From the NCBI GenBank assembly GCA_024639505.1, contig JAHEIE010000119.1:6193-70192 (forward strand): a DNA stretch of 64,000 bases. The letters are read 5' to 3'. Position 1 is the first letter of the stretch, and every line of letters begins with the position of its first letter. Positions 8,732-17,653 of this stretch are shown here, in pieces. Below the pieces are notes generated by a model that worked only from the letters and a program-made list of their open reading frames with translations, did no database searches and had not been told where the DNA came from. The position numbers and the translations under genes are program-made. Origin of the DNA: Crocinitomicaceae bacterium (GTDB taxonomy: Bacteria; Bacteroidota; Bacteroidia; Flavobacteriales_D; CAJJDF01).

Positions 8732-9919
8732 TTAAGAATTAATTCCGTCAAAAACCTCACAAATAACTCCACAAACCTCTTCAATTTCCTCAAATGAAAT
8801 AGTAAGCGGTGGAGCTAGCCTAAAACTCGCTGGACACGACAAAAACCAAAAGGTAATGATTCCTCTTTCCATGCATCTTTCGACTACTTTTTGAGTTATT
8901 TCTTCCGTTTCAAGATCTATGGCAAACATCAATCCTATTTGACGAATTTCTTTTACCAAAGAATGAGAAAGCAATTCCTTCATGATCTCTCCTTTTTCAT
9001 GAACTTCTTTCACCAAATTTTCTTCCAGAATTACATCAATATTCGCAACTGCTGCAGCACAATTTAATGGGTGTCCGCCAAAAGTGGTAATGTGACCCAG
9101 CATCGGATTGTGAGTTAGGCAATCCATTATTTCTTTACTCGATACGAAAGCGCCAATTGGCATTCCTCCGCCCAAGGCTTTAGCAATAACCAAAACATCT
9201 GGAACTATTCCATATTGCTCAAAAGCAAAAAAGCTTCCTGTTCGTCCAAACCCAGTTTGAATTTCATCCAAGATTAACAGAGTGCCAGTTTCAGTACATT
9301 TTTCTCTTAGTTTTTGAAGGTAACACAATTCAGGAATTCTAACACCAGCATCACCTTGCACGGTTTCAATAATGACACAAGCTGTGTTTTTGGTGATTCT
9401 ATCCAGTTCATCTAATTTATTGAAAGTAATGAAATTAACATCTGGTAAAAGCGGTTTAAAAGCCGATTGTTTAACTGGGTTCCCCGAAACACTCAAGGCG
9501 CCATGGGTGCTTCCGTGATACGATTTGTGGCAGGCAATTATTTCTTGTCTTCCAGTGTATCTTTTTGCCAATTTAAGGGCGCCTTCCACAGCTTCTGCTC
9601 CAGAGTTTACAAAGTAACTCGTAGTTAGATTTTCGGGAAGTATTTCGTTTAGTTTTTCTGCTAATTTCAGCTGCGGAGTTTGAATAAATTCTCCATAAGG
9701 CATTACATGCAGATGTGTATTAAGCTGTTTTTTTATTGCCTCAATTACTTTCGGATGTCTGTGTCCAATGTTTGTGACCGCCAATCCCGAAACTAGGTCG
9801 TAATAAGCTTTTCCGTTTGTGTCATAGATAAACAAACCTTCGGCACGAGAAATTTCTAATCCAATAGGGAATGGAGTTGTTTGGGCTTGTAGTGTTCTAA
9901 AAATTTCTTTGTTATCCAT
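8732..9919 (-). CDS. class III pyridoxal-phosphate aminotransferase (acetylornithine/ornithine aminotransferase-like)
   Basis: 'LILDEIQTGFGRTGSFFAFEQYGIVPDVLVIAKALGGGMPIGA' (PLP-Lys region), 'NSGAEAVEGALKLA' and 'SYHGSTHGALS'. Substrate cannot be told from the sequence. Confidence 0.8.
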   Translation of the reverse strand: MDNKEIFRTLQAQTTPFPIGLEISRAEGLFIYDTNGKAYYDLVSGLAVTNIGHRHPKVIEAIKKQLNTHLHVMPYGEFIQTPQLKLAEKLNEILPENLTTSYFVNSGAEAVEGALKLAKRYTGRQEIIACHKSYHGSTHGALSVSGNPVKQSAFKPLLPDVNFITFNKLDELDRITKNTACVIIETVQGDAGVRIPELCYLQKLREKCTETGTLLILDEIQTGFGRTGSFFAFEQYGIVPDVLVIAKALGGGMPIGAFVSSKEIMDCLTHNPMLGHITTFGGHPLNCAAAVANIDVILEENLVKEVHEKGEIMKELLSHSLVKEIRQIGLMFAIDLETEEITQKVVERCMERGIITFWFLSCPASFRLAPPLTISFEEIEEVCGVICEVFDGINS

Positions 9920-9978
9920 AAAGTAAAAGTAAAATTATTTTTTGAATCCTTCCGAATTTTAATTTTCCTTTTGACCAC

Positions 9979-10012
9979 AAAAAAAAACCTCTTTGATTGT
10001 GTCAAAGAGGTT
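9979..10012 (-). terminator. rho-independent terminator of the ECF sigma operon
   Basis: 10-bp stem acctctttga/tcaaagaggt with a 5-nt loop. On the minus strand it is followed by a 9-nt T-run (A-run 9979-9987 on the plus strand). It lies 24 nt after the stop of the 10036-10491 gene. Confidence 0.8.
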
Positions 10013-10035
10013 TTGAAATCATCCGAATGAGAGGA

Positions 10036-10491
10036 TTATCTTTTGGATCGTTTTTCGCCTTCAGAATCGTATTTTCCTTTTCCCTTGCGGTAAATTCGTT
10101 TTTCAACATGGTAAAATTTAGCTACTTTTTTTATCGGAAGTACTTTTTTGAATTTTTCGTGATAGCTTTTTTTAAGGTTCAAATCAGCTTGGGTGAATTC
10201 AAATCTTTTTTGAATGACAGCCTCTATTTCTTCATCGCTCAGTTCTTCCATTTTTTTAGAGCCCTTTCCTTTTTTTGGTCTAAATTTTAGTCTATTCGCT
10301 TTCTTATCCTTTATATACTGGTGATACACAGGCAAAAACTCGGCTTGTTCTTTTTCTGTCAATTCCAGCTGAGCAGTCAATATGCTGTCAGCTTGAGCAA
10401 TTCTTTGATTTTGTTTTTCATTTTTTTGTGCCATTCCGGAGGCTCCAATAAGTGTAAAAATTGCGATTACTGTGATTTTAAGTATTTTCAT
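10036..10491 (-). CDS. secreted helical protein, last gene of the ECF sigma operon (function unknown)
   Basis: Signal peptide 'MKILKITVIAIFTLIGASGMAQ', a K/E-rich helical body and a basic tail. The 'LELTEKEQAEF' element resembles but does not exactly match the LTxxQ motif of Spy/CpxP-type proteins. Confidence 0.5.
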   Translation of the reverse strand: MKILKITVIAIFTLIGASGMAQKNEKQNQRIAQADSILTAQLELTEKEQAEFLPVYHQYIKDKKANRLKFRPKKGKGSKKMEELSDEEIEAVIQKRFEFTQADLNLKKSYHEKFKKVLPIKKVAKFYHVEKRIYRKGKGKYDSEGEKRSKR

Positions 10492-10532
10492 TGTTTGTAG
10501 TGTTTTTTTTGAAAAATATTTATTCTTTTGTT

Positions 10533-10886
10533 TTAGTTCATTGCCATTTCGTCAAATTGCAACGACTCATTTATTTCCAAGTCAGCCTCAGAAAATTCTT
10601 CGTAGTATTCGCTTACCGTCAGTTTTCCAAATTCACCTAGTTGAGGTTGGTCGTTCTCTCCCAAGAAAAATATTGAAAAAATTCCCGCTAGGATTACTAC
10701 TGAAGCAGCGTAACCAAAAACTTTGTAAAATGAAATGTAATTGGTTTTTTTAGTTTCATTTATTTGATTCATAATCGAATAGTGAAGCGAATCAAAATAA
10801 CCATCGGGAGTCTTAAGTCCGTTTTGTTTTTTCAATTTTTCCAATGTTGGAAATTTGTTTTTTATATGTTCGTTATTCGTTTTCAT
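10533..10886 (-). CDS. putative anti-sigma factor (single-pass membrane protein)
   Basis: 117 aa with one central TM segment (VFGYAASVVILAGIFSIFFL). It lies immediately downstream of the ECF sigma gene. Assignment is by position and topology only. Confidence 0.5.
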   Translation of the reverse strand: MKTNNEHIKNKFPTLEKLKKQNGLKTPDGYFDSLHYSIMNQINETKKTNYISFYKVFGYAASVVILAGIFSIFFLGENDQPQLGEFGKLTVSEYYEEFSEADLEINESLQFDEMAMN

Positions 10887-10944
10887 GTTCTCTCGTTCTT
10901 TGACAATTGCTTTTCAAAAAGGTTTAATGCAATTCGTTTTTTTT

Positions 10945-11484
10945 TCAATCCTTGTTTATTAAAAAGGCTTCAATTTTTTTCTGAGCATGGTGATAAGAAG
11001 CTTTTAGTGAGCCAACTGTACCTCCCAATACCTCGGCAATTTCGGTATATTTTAATTCTTCAAAATATTTCAGATTAAAAACAGCCTTTTGTTTGTTGGG
11101 TAAGGTTCCTATTGCTTTATACAATTTTGCTTCAATTTCGTCACCTGTAAATAAGGATTCCTCCGATTTGTTTTCAATTTGTAATTCATCAATAGACTGA
11201 GCTACTCGTTTTTTATTCGATTTTATAAAATTCAAACTTTCATTGGTTGCAATTCTATACATCCAAGTAAAAAGATTGGAATCTTGCTTGAAATTGGGCA
11301 GACCTTTCCAAATTTTAATAAAAGTATTCTGGGTCACATCATTGGCATCTTCTTGGTTAATCACCATTTTACGAATATGCCAATACACTCGCTCTTGGTA
11401 TTTCTTTGCCAAGTGGCCAAAAGCTATTTGCTCTTTCCCTTTAGTAAAGAATAATGATAGTATATCTTGGTCGTCCAAATTCAC
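10945..11484 (-). CDS. ECF-type RNA polymerase sigma-70 family factor
   Basis: Region 2 'DANDVTQNTFIKIWKGLPNF..FTWMYRIATNESLN' and region 4 'LPNKQKAVFNLKYFEELKYTEIAEVLGGTVGSLKASYHHAQKKI'. GTG start, with no in-frame ATG before region 2. Confidence 0.85.
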   Translation of the reverse strand: MNLDDQDILSLFFTKGKEQIAFGHLAKKYQERVYWHIRKMVINQEDANDVTQNTFIKIWKGLPNFKQDSNLFTWMYRIATNESLNFIKSNKKRVAQSIDELQIENKSEESLFTGDEIEAKLYKAIGTLPNKQKAVFNLKYFEELKYTEIAEVLGGTVGSLKASYHHAQKKIEAFLINKD

Positions 11485-11617
11485 AAGTGGTGTTTTTTTA
11501 TTCGTATTACAATTCTTAGACCAACATAAAGGAAAAAGGTTTAATTCTTAAACTTTTTACAAGATTGACACACTAAACCAAAATTGAGTCCGTTATAAGA
11601 AAAACTAAACCTAATAT

Positions 11618-11824
11618 ATGGATAAAAAGACTACTCTAAATGACTTATCGGACTTTTATAGAAATGAAAAAAAGCTTTCTCAATTCTTGATTGACATGAA
11701 TGAATCTAAGCCGTTTTTCCAGCCTGTAAGTGACTCTACAATTTCTAACATTTTAGCTTATTCCAAAGTGTTGAGTGTCCGAAATTCTAAAAGTTTAGGG
11801 AAAATTGATTTTTTATTGAATTAA
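11618..11824 (+). CDS. hypothetical small protein (68 aa)
   Basis: ATG ORF followed by a strong terminator. No recognisable motif. Confidence 0.35.
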   Translation: MDKKTTLNDLSDFYRNEKKLSQFLIDMNESKPFFQPVSDSTISNILAYSKVLSVRNSKSLGKIDFLLN

Positions 11825-11846
11825 TTTTTTCAGCCAAAATCAATTA

Positions 11847-11882
11847 AGAGCGTATCTATATGTTAGATACGCTCTTTTTTTA
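11847..11882 (+). terminator. rho-independent terminator
   Basis: 11-bp stem agagcgtatct/agatacgctct, 7-nt loop, then a 7-nt T-run. Confidence 0.8.
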
Positions 11883-11897
11883 TTAATCTTGTATCCT

Positions 11898-13136
11898 ATG
11901 AAGCTCCTTTATTATATTTCTATCCGTTTGTATGCGTTAGCAATTCGTTTTGTTTCGCTTTGGAACCCCAAAGCAAAGCAATGGATAGAAGGGCGAAAAA
12001 ATTGGCAAACGAAACTAAATTCAGCTCTTGCTAATAAAAAAAATATCCATTGGTTTCATTGTGCATCACTCGGGGAATTTGAACAAGCTCGTCCCCTTAT
12101 CGAAAAAATAAAAAAAGAAGTTTCTTCGGCTTCTATTCTGGTTACATTTTTCTCTCCTTCGGGATACCGATCTCAAAAAAATTACGAATTAGCGGATTAC
12201 GTTTGCTATTTGCCTTTGGATACAAATTCTAATGCAAGGAAGTTTATTTCGGAGTTAGATCTAGCCAAAGTATACTTCGTGAAATACGAAGTGTGGCCTT
12301 GTTTTTTTCAAGCTTTAAAAAATAAAAACATTCCATTCTATCTCATTTCAGCAACTTTCAGAGAGAGTCAAATTTACTTTAAACCTACAGGAAAATGGTT
12401 CAAGAATATTCTGTCTTTAGCAACTTCAATTTTTGTTCAAGATGAAGCTTCTAAAGCAGTATTAGACTCTCATAATGTAGAAGGTTTTGTGGTAGGAGAC
12501 ACTCGTTATGATAGAGTTTTTGCAACATCACAAAAAGCAATTAAAAACCCTGTTGTTGACGAGTTTTGTAGAAGTAAATTTACGCTTTTAGCTGGCAGTT
12601 GTTGGGAGAAAGAAGAAGAAATTATTTCTGAGGCTTTTTATGGATTGTCTCATTCGTTTAAGATAGTTTTTGCTCCACATGACATCAGTGAAAAACACAT
12701 CAAGGGAATTGTGAATCTGTTTCAGAATGACACAGAAATAATTAGATATTCGGAGGTGAAAGAAGGTGTAAATTTACGAGATTTTGATGTCTTGATTTTA
12801 GATAATATTGGATTGCTTTCTAATGCATATCAATATGGTTCGGCTGCTTTTGTGGGAGGCGGATTTACAAATGCACTTCACAATATTTTGGAGCCTGCTA
12901 CTTTCGGTCTGCCAGTTTTTTTTGGAAACAATCATCAAAAATTCCCGGAAGCAAACGACATGAAATTAAATGGTGCTGGAATTGTAGTTGATGAGCTGAT
13001 CGATTTTCAAAACCAACTCAATGCGATGATTGAAAATTCGGTTGAACTAGTAAATCAACAATCTAAAAACAAAGAATTCGTAGAATCAAGAATAGGCGCG
13101 ACAGAGCTTATCTTTTCTTACACAATAAGAAGTTAA
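11898..13136 (+). CDS. waaA: 3-deoxy-D-manno-octulosonic acid (Kdo) transferase
   Basis: 'IHWFHCASLGEFEQARPLIEKIK' and 'LVTFFSPSGY' are characteristic of KdtA/WaaA. The track start at 11889 is a TTG, so the first ATG at 11898 (MKLLYY) is used here. Confidence 0.8.
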   Translation: MKLLYYISIRLYALAIRFVSLWNPKAKQWIEGRKNWQTKLNSALANKKNIHWFHCASLGEFEQARPLIEKIKKEVSSASILVTFFSPSGYRSQKNYELADYVCYLPLDTNSNARKFISELDLAKVYFVKYEVWPCFFQALKNKNIPFYLISATFRESQIYFKPTGKWFKNILSLATSIFVQDEASKAVLDSHNVEGFVVGDTRYDRVFATSQKAIKNPVVDEFCRSKFTLLAGSCWEKEEEIISEAFYGLSHSFKIVFAPHDISEKHIKGIVNLFQNDTEIIRYSEVKEGVNLRDFDVLILDNIGLLSNAYQYGSAAFVGGGFTNALHNILEPATFGLPVFFGNNHQKFPEANDMKLNGAGIVVDELIDFQNQLNAMIENSVELVNQQSKNKEFVESRIGATELIFSYTIRS

Positions 13137-13218
13137 ACCGTATAAAAATTAGTTTTATTCGTTTTCATTGTCGGCCAAACTTTCTTACATTCACACTTCA
13201 AAAAATAATTTAAAATCA

Positions 13219-15534
13219 ATGAGGAATTTTTTAATAATTCTAGCTTCTCTTTTTCTGTCTTTAAGCGCTTATTCCCAGACTGGTACAGTAAAGGGGTTTG
13301 TGTATGACAAAGAATCTGGTGAGCCAGTAATATTTACTACTGTGCAGCTAAAAGGCACAGCCATGGGAATTACCACAGATGTAAATGGATATTACAGCAT
13401 TACTCAAATTCCTCCTGGAGAATACGTTTTAACGGTGTCGAATTTGTCTTATGTCAATTTTGAAGAGAAAATATCTATTACCAAAAACAGAGTAATTTCA
13501 AAAAATATTTACCTAATTGAAGATACCAAAACATTGAGAGTATTTGATGTGAATGGAGAAGCGCAAGAGGCGAAAACAGAGGTAAAAATGTCAATCATTA
13601 AAGCAACTGGCGATGACATTAAGCAAATCCCTGCAATTGGTGGAGATGCTGATATTGCAACTTATTTTCAGACAGTTCCTGGTGTTGTTACCACAGGAGA
13701 CCAGGGAGGACAAATGTATGTAAGAGGAGGTTCACCTATCCAAAACAAAGTGATGATGGACGGAATGGTGATTTACAATCCATTTCACTCCATTGGGTTT
13801 TTCTCGGTATTTGAAACAGAAATCATCAGAAATGCAGATATCTATACTGGTGGTTTCAATGCTGAACACGGAGGAAGAATTTCATCTATTATGGATATTA
13901 CCACTCGAGATGGAAATCCAAACGGGCTGAAAGGAAGAGTTTCGGTATCGCCATTTATGGCAAAGGCGCTTATTGAAGGTCCGTTAATGAAGCCAAAAAA
14001 AGAAGGTGATGGAAGTATTTCTTTTATCCTTACCGGAAAACATTCTTACCTAGATGAATCATCCAAAGTGCTGTATCCATACATTGACACAACTGGCGAA
14101 GGACTGCCATTTGGATTTACCGATTTGTATGGGAAATTAACTTTCAAGGGAAGAAATGGAAGTAAATTTAATTTGTTTGGGTTCAATTTCCAGGACAACG
14201 TAAATTATCAAGCTATTTCTGATCTGAGCTGGAACTCTTGGGGTCTAGGTTCTAATTTTTTACTTGTTCCTGGAACGTCAAAAGTGTTGATAGAAGGTAA
14301 GTTTTCTGTTTCGGATTATAAAATCAGACTATTGGAAGAAAACGGACAAGAGAGAACAAGTGGGGTAAATTCATTTAATTTTGGGTTTGATTTCAAATAC
14401 TTTATCAAAGAAAACGAATTGAAGTACGGGATAGAGGTTTCTGGTTTTGGAACTGATTTTAGTTACGTGAACTCTACAAACAGAAAAATTGAGCAAAATG
14501 AAAACACAACTGAATTAGGTTCTTATTTCTCATACAGAATCGTGAAACCATTGCTGGTAATCGAACCAAGTTTTAGAATGCAGTATTACGCTACACTCAA
14601 AACTTTTTCGCCAGAACCAAGATTGGGATTAAAATACAATGTAACAGAAAATGTTAGACTAAAGTTGGCGGCAGGTATGTATTCTCAAAACCTGATAAGC
14701 GCGAATTCTGACAGAGATGTTGTGAATTTATTTTATGGATTTTTATCTGGTCCAGATAACCTACAAGAACAATTTACAGACGAAGACGGAAATACAAGAG
14801 ACGTAACACATTCGCTTCAAAAAGCAAATCACCTAATAGTAGGAACGGAGTTTGACATCACAAGAAACATTAGCTTGAATGTGGAAGGTTACTACAAGCG
14901 TTTTACTCAATTGACAAATATCAATCGAAATAAAATTTTTGATGAAAACGATGAAGTTGACGCTCCAGACATTTTGAAAAAAGATTACGTTGTGGAAACA
15001 GGAGATGCTTACGGAGTTGATTTTGTGGCTAAATACACGAGTAAAAAATGGTACTTGTGGGGAGTTTATTCTTTGGGTAAAGTAACAAGATGGGACGGAG
15101 TAAGAACTTATGCTCCTGTATTCGACAGAAGGCATTCTGTTAACCTTTTGGCGACATATAAATTTGGTAAGGAAGAAAGCTGGCAATTGAATGCAAGATG
15201 GAACTTTGGTTCTGGATTGCCATTTACTCAAACTCAAGGGTATTATCAAAAAATTGATTTTGCAGACGGAACAGGAACTGACATTACTCAAGCCAATGCC
15301 AACGAATTGACAGCTGTGTACGCTGGACTAAACGAAGGAAGACTTCCTACTTATCATAGGTTTGATGTGAACATAAAAAAAATAGTGAAGTTCAAAACAT
15401 CTGAACTGGAACTAAACTTTGGAATCACGAATATCTACAACAGAGAAAATATTTTTTATGTAGATAGAGTTACTGCCGAAAAAGTCTATCAATTACCTAT
15501 TTTGCCAAGTTTAGGTGTGGCTTGGAGTTTTTAA
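13219..15534 (+). CDS. TonB-dependent outer membrane receptor with N-terminal carboxypeptidase-regulatory-like domain
   Basis: Signal peptide 'MRNFLIILASLFLSLSAYSQ' from the first ATG (the track start at 13168 is a TTG). 'GTVKGFVYDKESGEPV..' is the CarbopepD_reg-like domain, and 'IPAIGGDADIATYFQTVPGV..MYVRGGSP..NKVMMDGMVIYNPFH' is the plug region. The C-terminal beta-barrel ends in 'GVAWSF'. Confidence 0.85.
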   Translation: MRNFLIILASLFLSLSAYSQTGTVKGFVYDKESGEPVIFTTVQLKGTAMGITTDVNGYYSITQIPPGEYVLTVSNLSYVNFEEKISITKNRVISKNIYLIEDTKTLRVFDVNGEAQEAKTEVKMSIIKATGDDIKQIPAIGGDADIATYFQTVPGVVTTGDQGGQMYVRGGSPIQNKVMMDGMVIYNPFHSIGFFSVFETEIIRNADIYTGGFNAEHGGRISSIMDITTRDGNPNGLKGRVSVSPFMAKALIEGPLMKPKKEGDGSISFILTGKHSYLDESSKVLYPYIDTTGEGLPFGFTDLYGKLTFKGRNGSKFNLFGFNFQDNVNYQAISDLSWNSWGLGSNFLLVPGTSKVLIEGKFSVSDYKIRLLEENGQERTSGVNSFNFGFDFKYFIKENELKYGIEVSGFGTDFSYVNSTNRKIEQNENTTELGSYFSYRIVKPLLVIEPSFRMQYYATLKTFSPEPRLGLKYNVTENVRLKLAAGMYSQNLISANSDRDVVNLFYGFLSGPDNLQEQFTDEDGNTRDVTHSLQKANHLIVGTEFDITRNISLNVEGYYKRFTQLTNINRNKIFDENDEVDAPDILKKDYVVETGDAYGVDFVAKYTSKKWYLWGVYSLGKVTRWDGVRTYAPVFDRRHSVNLLATYKFGKEESWQLNARWNFGSGLPFTQTQGYYQKIDFADGTGTDITQANANELTAVYAGLNEGRLPTYHRFDVNIKKIVKFKTSELELNFGITNIYNRENIFYVDRVTAEKVYQLPILPSLGVAWSF

Positions 15535-15603
15535 AATGACGATGCATACTTTTCTTAACAATTGTTAAGAGAGGTGTAGGCCTGATGTGTGGATATTTGT
15601 ACC

Positions 15604-16269
15604 ATGAAAAAAACAAATCAACTACTCTTCGTTACGTTTATTGTTTTAGGAACATTACACTCAAGTTACAGCCAATCCAATTCAGAAAAAAAATATGAAT
15701 TAGTTTTATTGGCGGGAACCATACAGCCTTTTTTGTTGCAAGGAGGAAATGTAGAATTAGATTTTTACACCAAAAAAATGGTGTTCAATTATTCGCATGG
15801 TTTTTCATTGGACATGAATTCGGAACTAGGTACAACCGCTGGAGATATAAAGGAGCAAGGTTTAGCTCTTAATATACCTTATAGCTCTGGTTTTGGTATT
15901 GGTTACCGACTAAACAAGTATTTTGATATTCGTGTAGAACCAAAAATGCATAAGTTTAAAGTCTATTATGATGGATTTGATAATAACATAGATGGAAACC
16001 TTGTGACTTCCTACAATACCATAACTGTGGGTATTGGCGGATACTTTAGATTGAAACCATTCGAAAACAAAGAATCTTGGGTAAATGGGATATTTACATC
16101 AACAAGTTTGAGGTATTGGCCTAAAGTCTTCACTTCGTTAGACGGCAATAAAGAAGAGTACTTCAATAGAATTTCAGTAAGTCAAGAAACTCACAAGGCG
16201 AGTAATATTGGAATTGCAAACACTCCCATTATATTTAATCTTGCAGTAGGGTATTCTATTGTTTTTTAA
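15604..16269 (+). CDS. small outer-membrane beta-barrel-like hypothetical protein
   Basis: Signal peptide 'MKKTNQLLFVTFIVLGTLHSSYSQ' from the first ATG (the track start is a GTG). It has an alternating beta-strand pattern and a C-terminal 'VGYSIVF' with an aromatic terminus. Confidence 0.5.
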   Translation: MKKTNQLLFVTFIVLGTLHSSYSQSNSEKKYELVLLAGTIQPFLLQGGNVELDFYTKKMVFNYSHGFSLDMNSELGTTAGDIKEQGLALNIPYSSGFGIGYRLNKYFDIRVEPKMHKFKVYYDGFDNNIDGNLVTSYNTITVGIGGYFRLKPFENKESWVNGIFTSTSLRYWPKVFTSLDGNKEEYFNRISVSQETHKASNIGIANTPIIFNLAVGYSIVF

Positions 16270-16727
16270 TCTTCAAGATTTGTAAATATATCGCTGAATT
16301 CATTCCAAAATTCGTGGGCAGAAACAATGTTTTTTTCTAAAAAAGGAAATACATCGTGCCAGTCGTTTTTATTGAAAACCGATACGTTTTCGAGTTCAGC
16401 ATAGATGCGAGAAGAAGTGCCGTACTCGGTTTCAAATTCTGAAACCCAGGTCAATTCGTTTTCAAAACTATCATTAATTACTGCTTTTAGTTCGGTAAAT
16501 TGCTCGTAAAATAATTCGCGCATTCCTGTGTCACGATGCTGCAAATCAAAAGAAAAGGAAGCTTTTTTTTTCGTTACATCTAATCTAAAATAGATGTCCT
16601 TGCATTTTGTGTTGTAGTTTACCCAGTTTATTTTTCCTTGGTACACTTTGTTGTATTTTTTCATGTAAACCCCAAAGGAGGTCCAAAATTCTCTGCGCAA
16701 CGATCTCGATTCTTCTTTTGAATACAT
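16266..16727 (-). CDS. DUF4268-like cytoplasmic protein
   Basis: The N-terminus 'MYSKEESRSLRREFWTSFG' resembles Bacteroidota DUF4268 proteins as I recall them. Its stop overlaps the convergent upstream gene by 4 nt. Confidence 0.5.
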   Translation of the reverse strand: MYSKEESRSLRREFWTSFGVYMKKYNKVYQGKINWVNYNTKCKDIYFRLDVTKKKASFSFDLQHRDTGMRELFYEQFTELKAVINDSFENELTWVSEFETEYGTSSRIYAELENVSVFNKNDWHDVFPFLEKNIVSAHEFWNEFSDIFTNLED

Positions 16728-16918
16728 GGAAAATTCTTTTTTGTAAAGAAACTAATAATTTTGAAAACAATGAAAATTCAGGTTTTACGAAAACAATGAT
16801 ATTGGATGAATAAACCAAATCAACCGATAACTCGAAACATGCTACACTTGGTAATTTAAGGCTCTTAAATTCGTTAAAAATCTTGTATATTAATTTAGAA
16901 ATTAAAAACTCCTGAGCC

Positions 16919-17653
16919 ATGAAACTATCTACCGTAATTATTGATGACGAGCCAAATGCAAGAGAGAATTTGCAAATACTAATTGAGCAATATTGTCCAG
17001 ATTTGCACATTGTGGGAATGGCAGCGAATATAAAACAAGGCAAAATATTAATCAATGAATACGAGCCAGATATAGTGTTTCTAGACATTGCAATGCCTGG
17101 TGGAGATGGATTCGAGTTACTGAAAGAATTTGAAGATCGTGATTTCTCGGTTGTATTTATTACGGCTCATTCAGAGTTTGCGCTCAAAGCTTTCAAGGCA
17201 GATGCTATTGATTACCTTCAAAAACCTATTGATATTGAAGAATTGCAAAAAGCTCAGGACAAAGCAATGAAGTTTTCTTATGCCGATAATTTGGCAGAGA
17301 AGTCTGATAAAGTAACGATGGAAGATGAAATAGAAAAAATATCTATCCCGACAAGGAGTGGTTATATTTTTATAGAAAACAAGGATATTCTATATTTCAA
17401 AGCGGATGAAAATTACACAGAGTTATTCCTGGCAGATGGCTCTAAGATTTTGAGCAGTAAAACAATAAAGCGCTACGAAGAAAAAGTGAATTCACATATT
17501 TTTTATAGGGTTCACAAATCTTACATCATAAATAAACACAATCACCTAAAAGAGCTTTCGCGACAAATGGGAAATTTTGCTGTGATGAGCAACGGAGACA
17601 ATATTCCTATTGCTCGAAGAAGATTGTCCGATTTTATGAAAGAAATTGCCTGA
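16919..17653 (+). CDS. LytTR-family response regulator (second copy, orphan)
   Basis: Receiver motifs 'VIIDDEPNA', 'DIVFLDIAMPGGDG' and 'VVFITAH..AIDYLQKP'. LytTR domain 'ILYFKADENYTELF..FYRVHKSYIINKHN'. Confidence 0.85.
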   Translation: MKLSTVIIDDEPNARENLQILIEQYCPDLHIVGMAANIKQGKILINEYEPDIVFLDIAMPGGDGFELLKEFEDRDFSVVFITAHSEFALKAFKADAIDYLQKPIDIEELQKAQDKAMKFSYADNLAEKSDKVTMEDEIEKISIPTRSGYIFIENKDILYFKADENYTELFLADGSKILSSKTIKRYEEKVNSHIFYRVHKSYIINKHNHLKELSRQMGNFAVMSNGDNIPIARRRLSDFMKEIA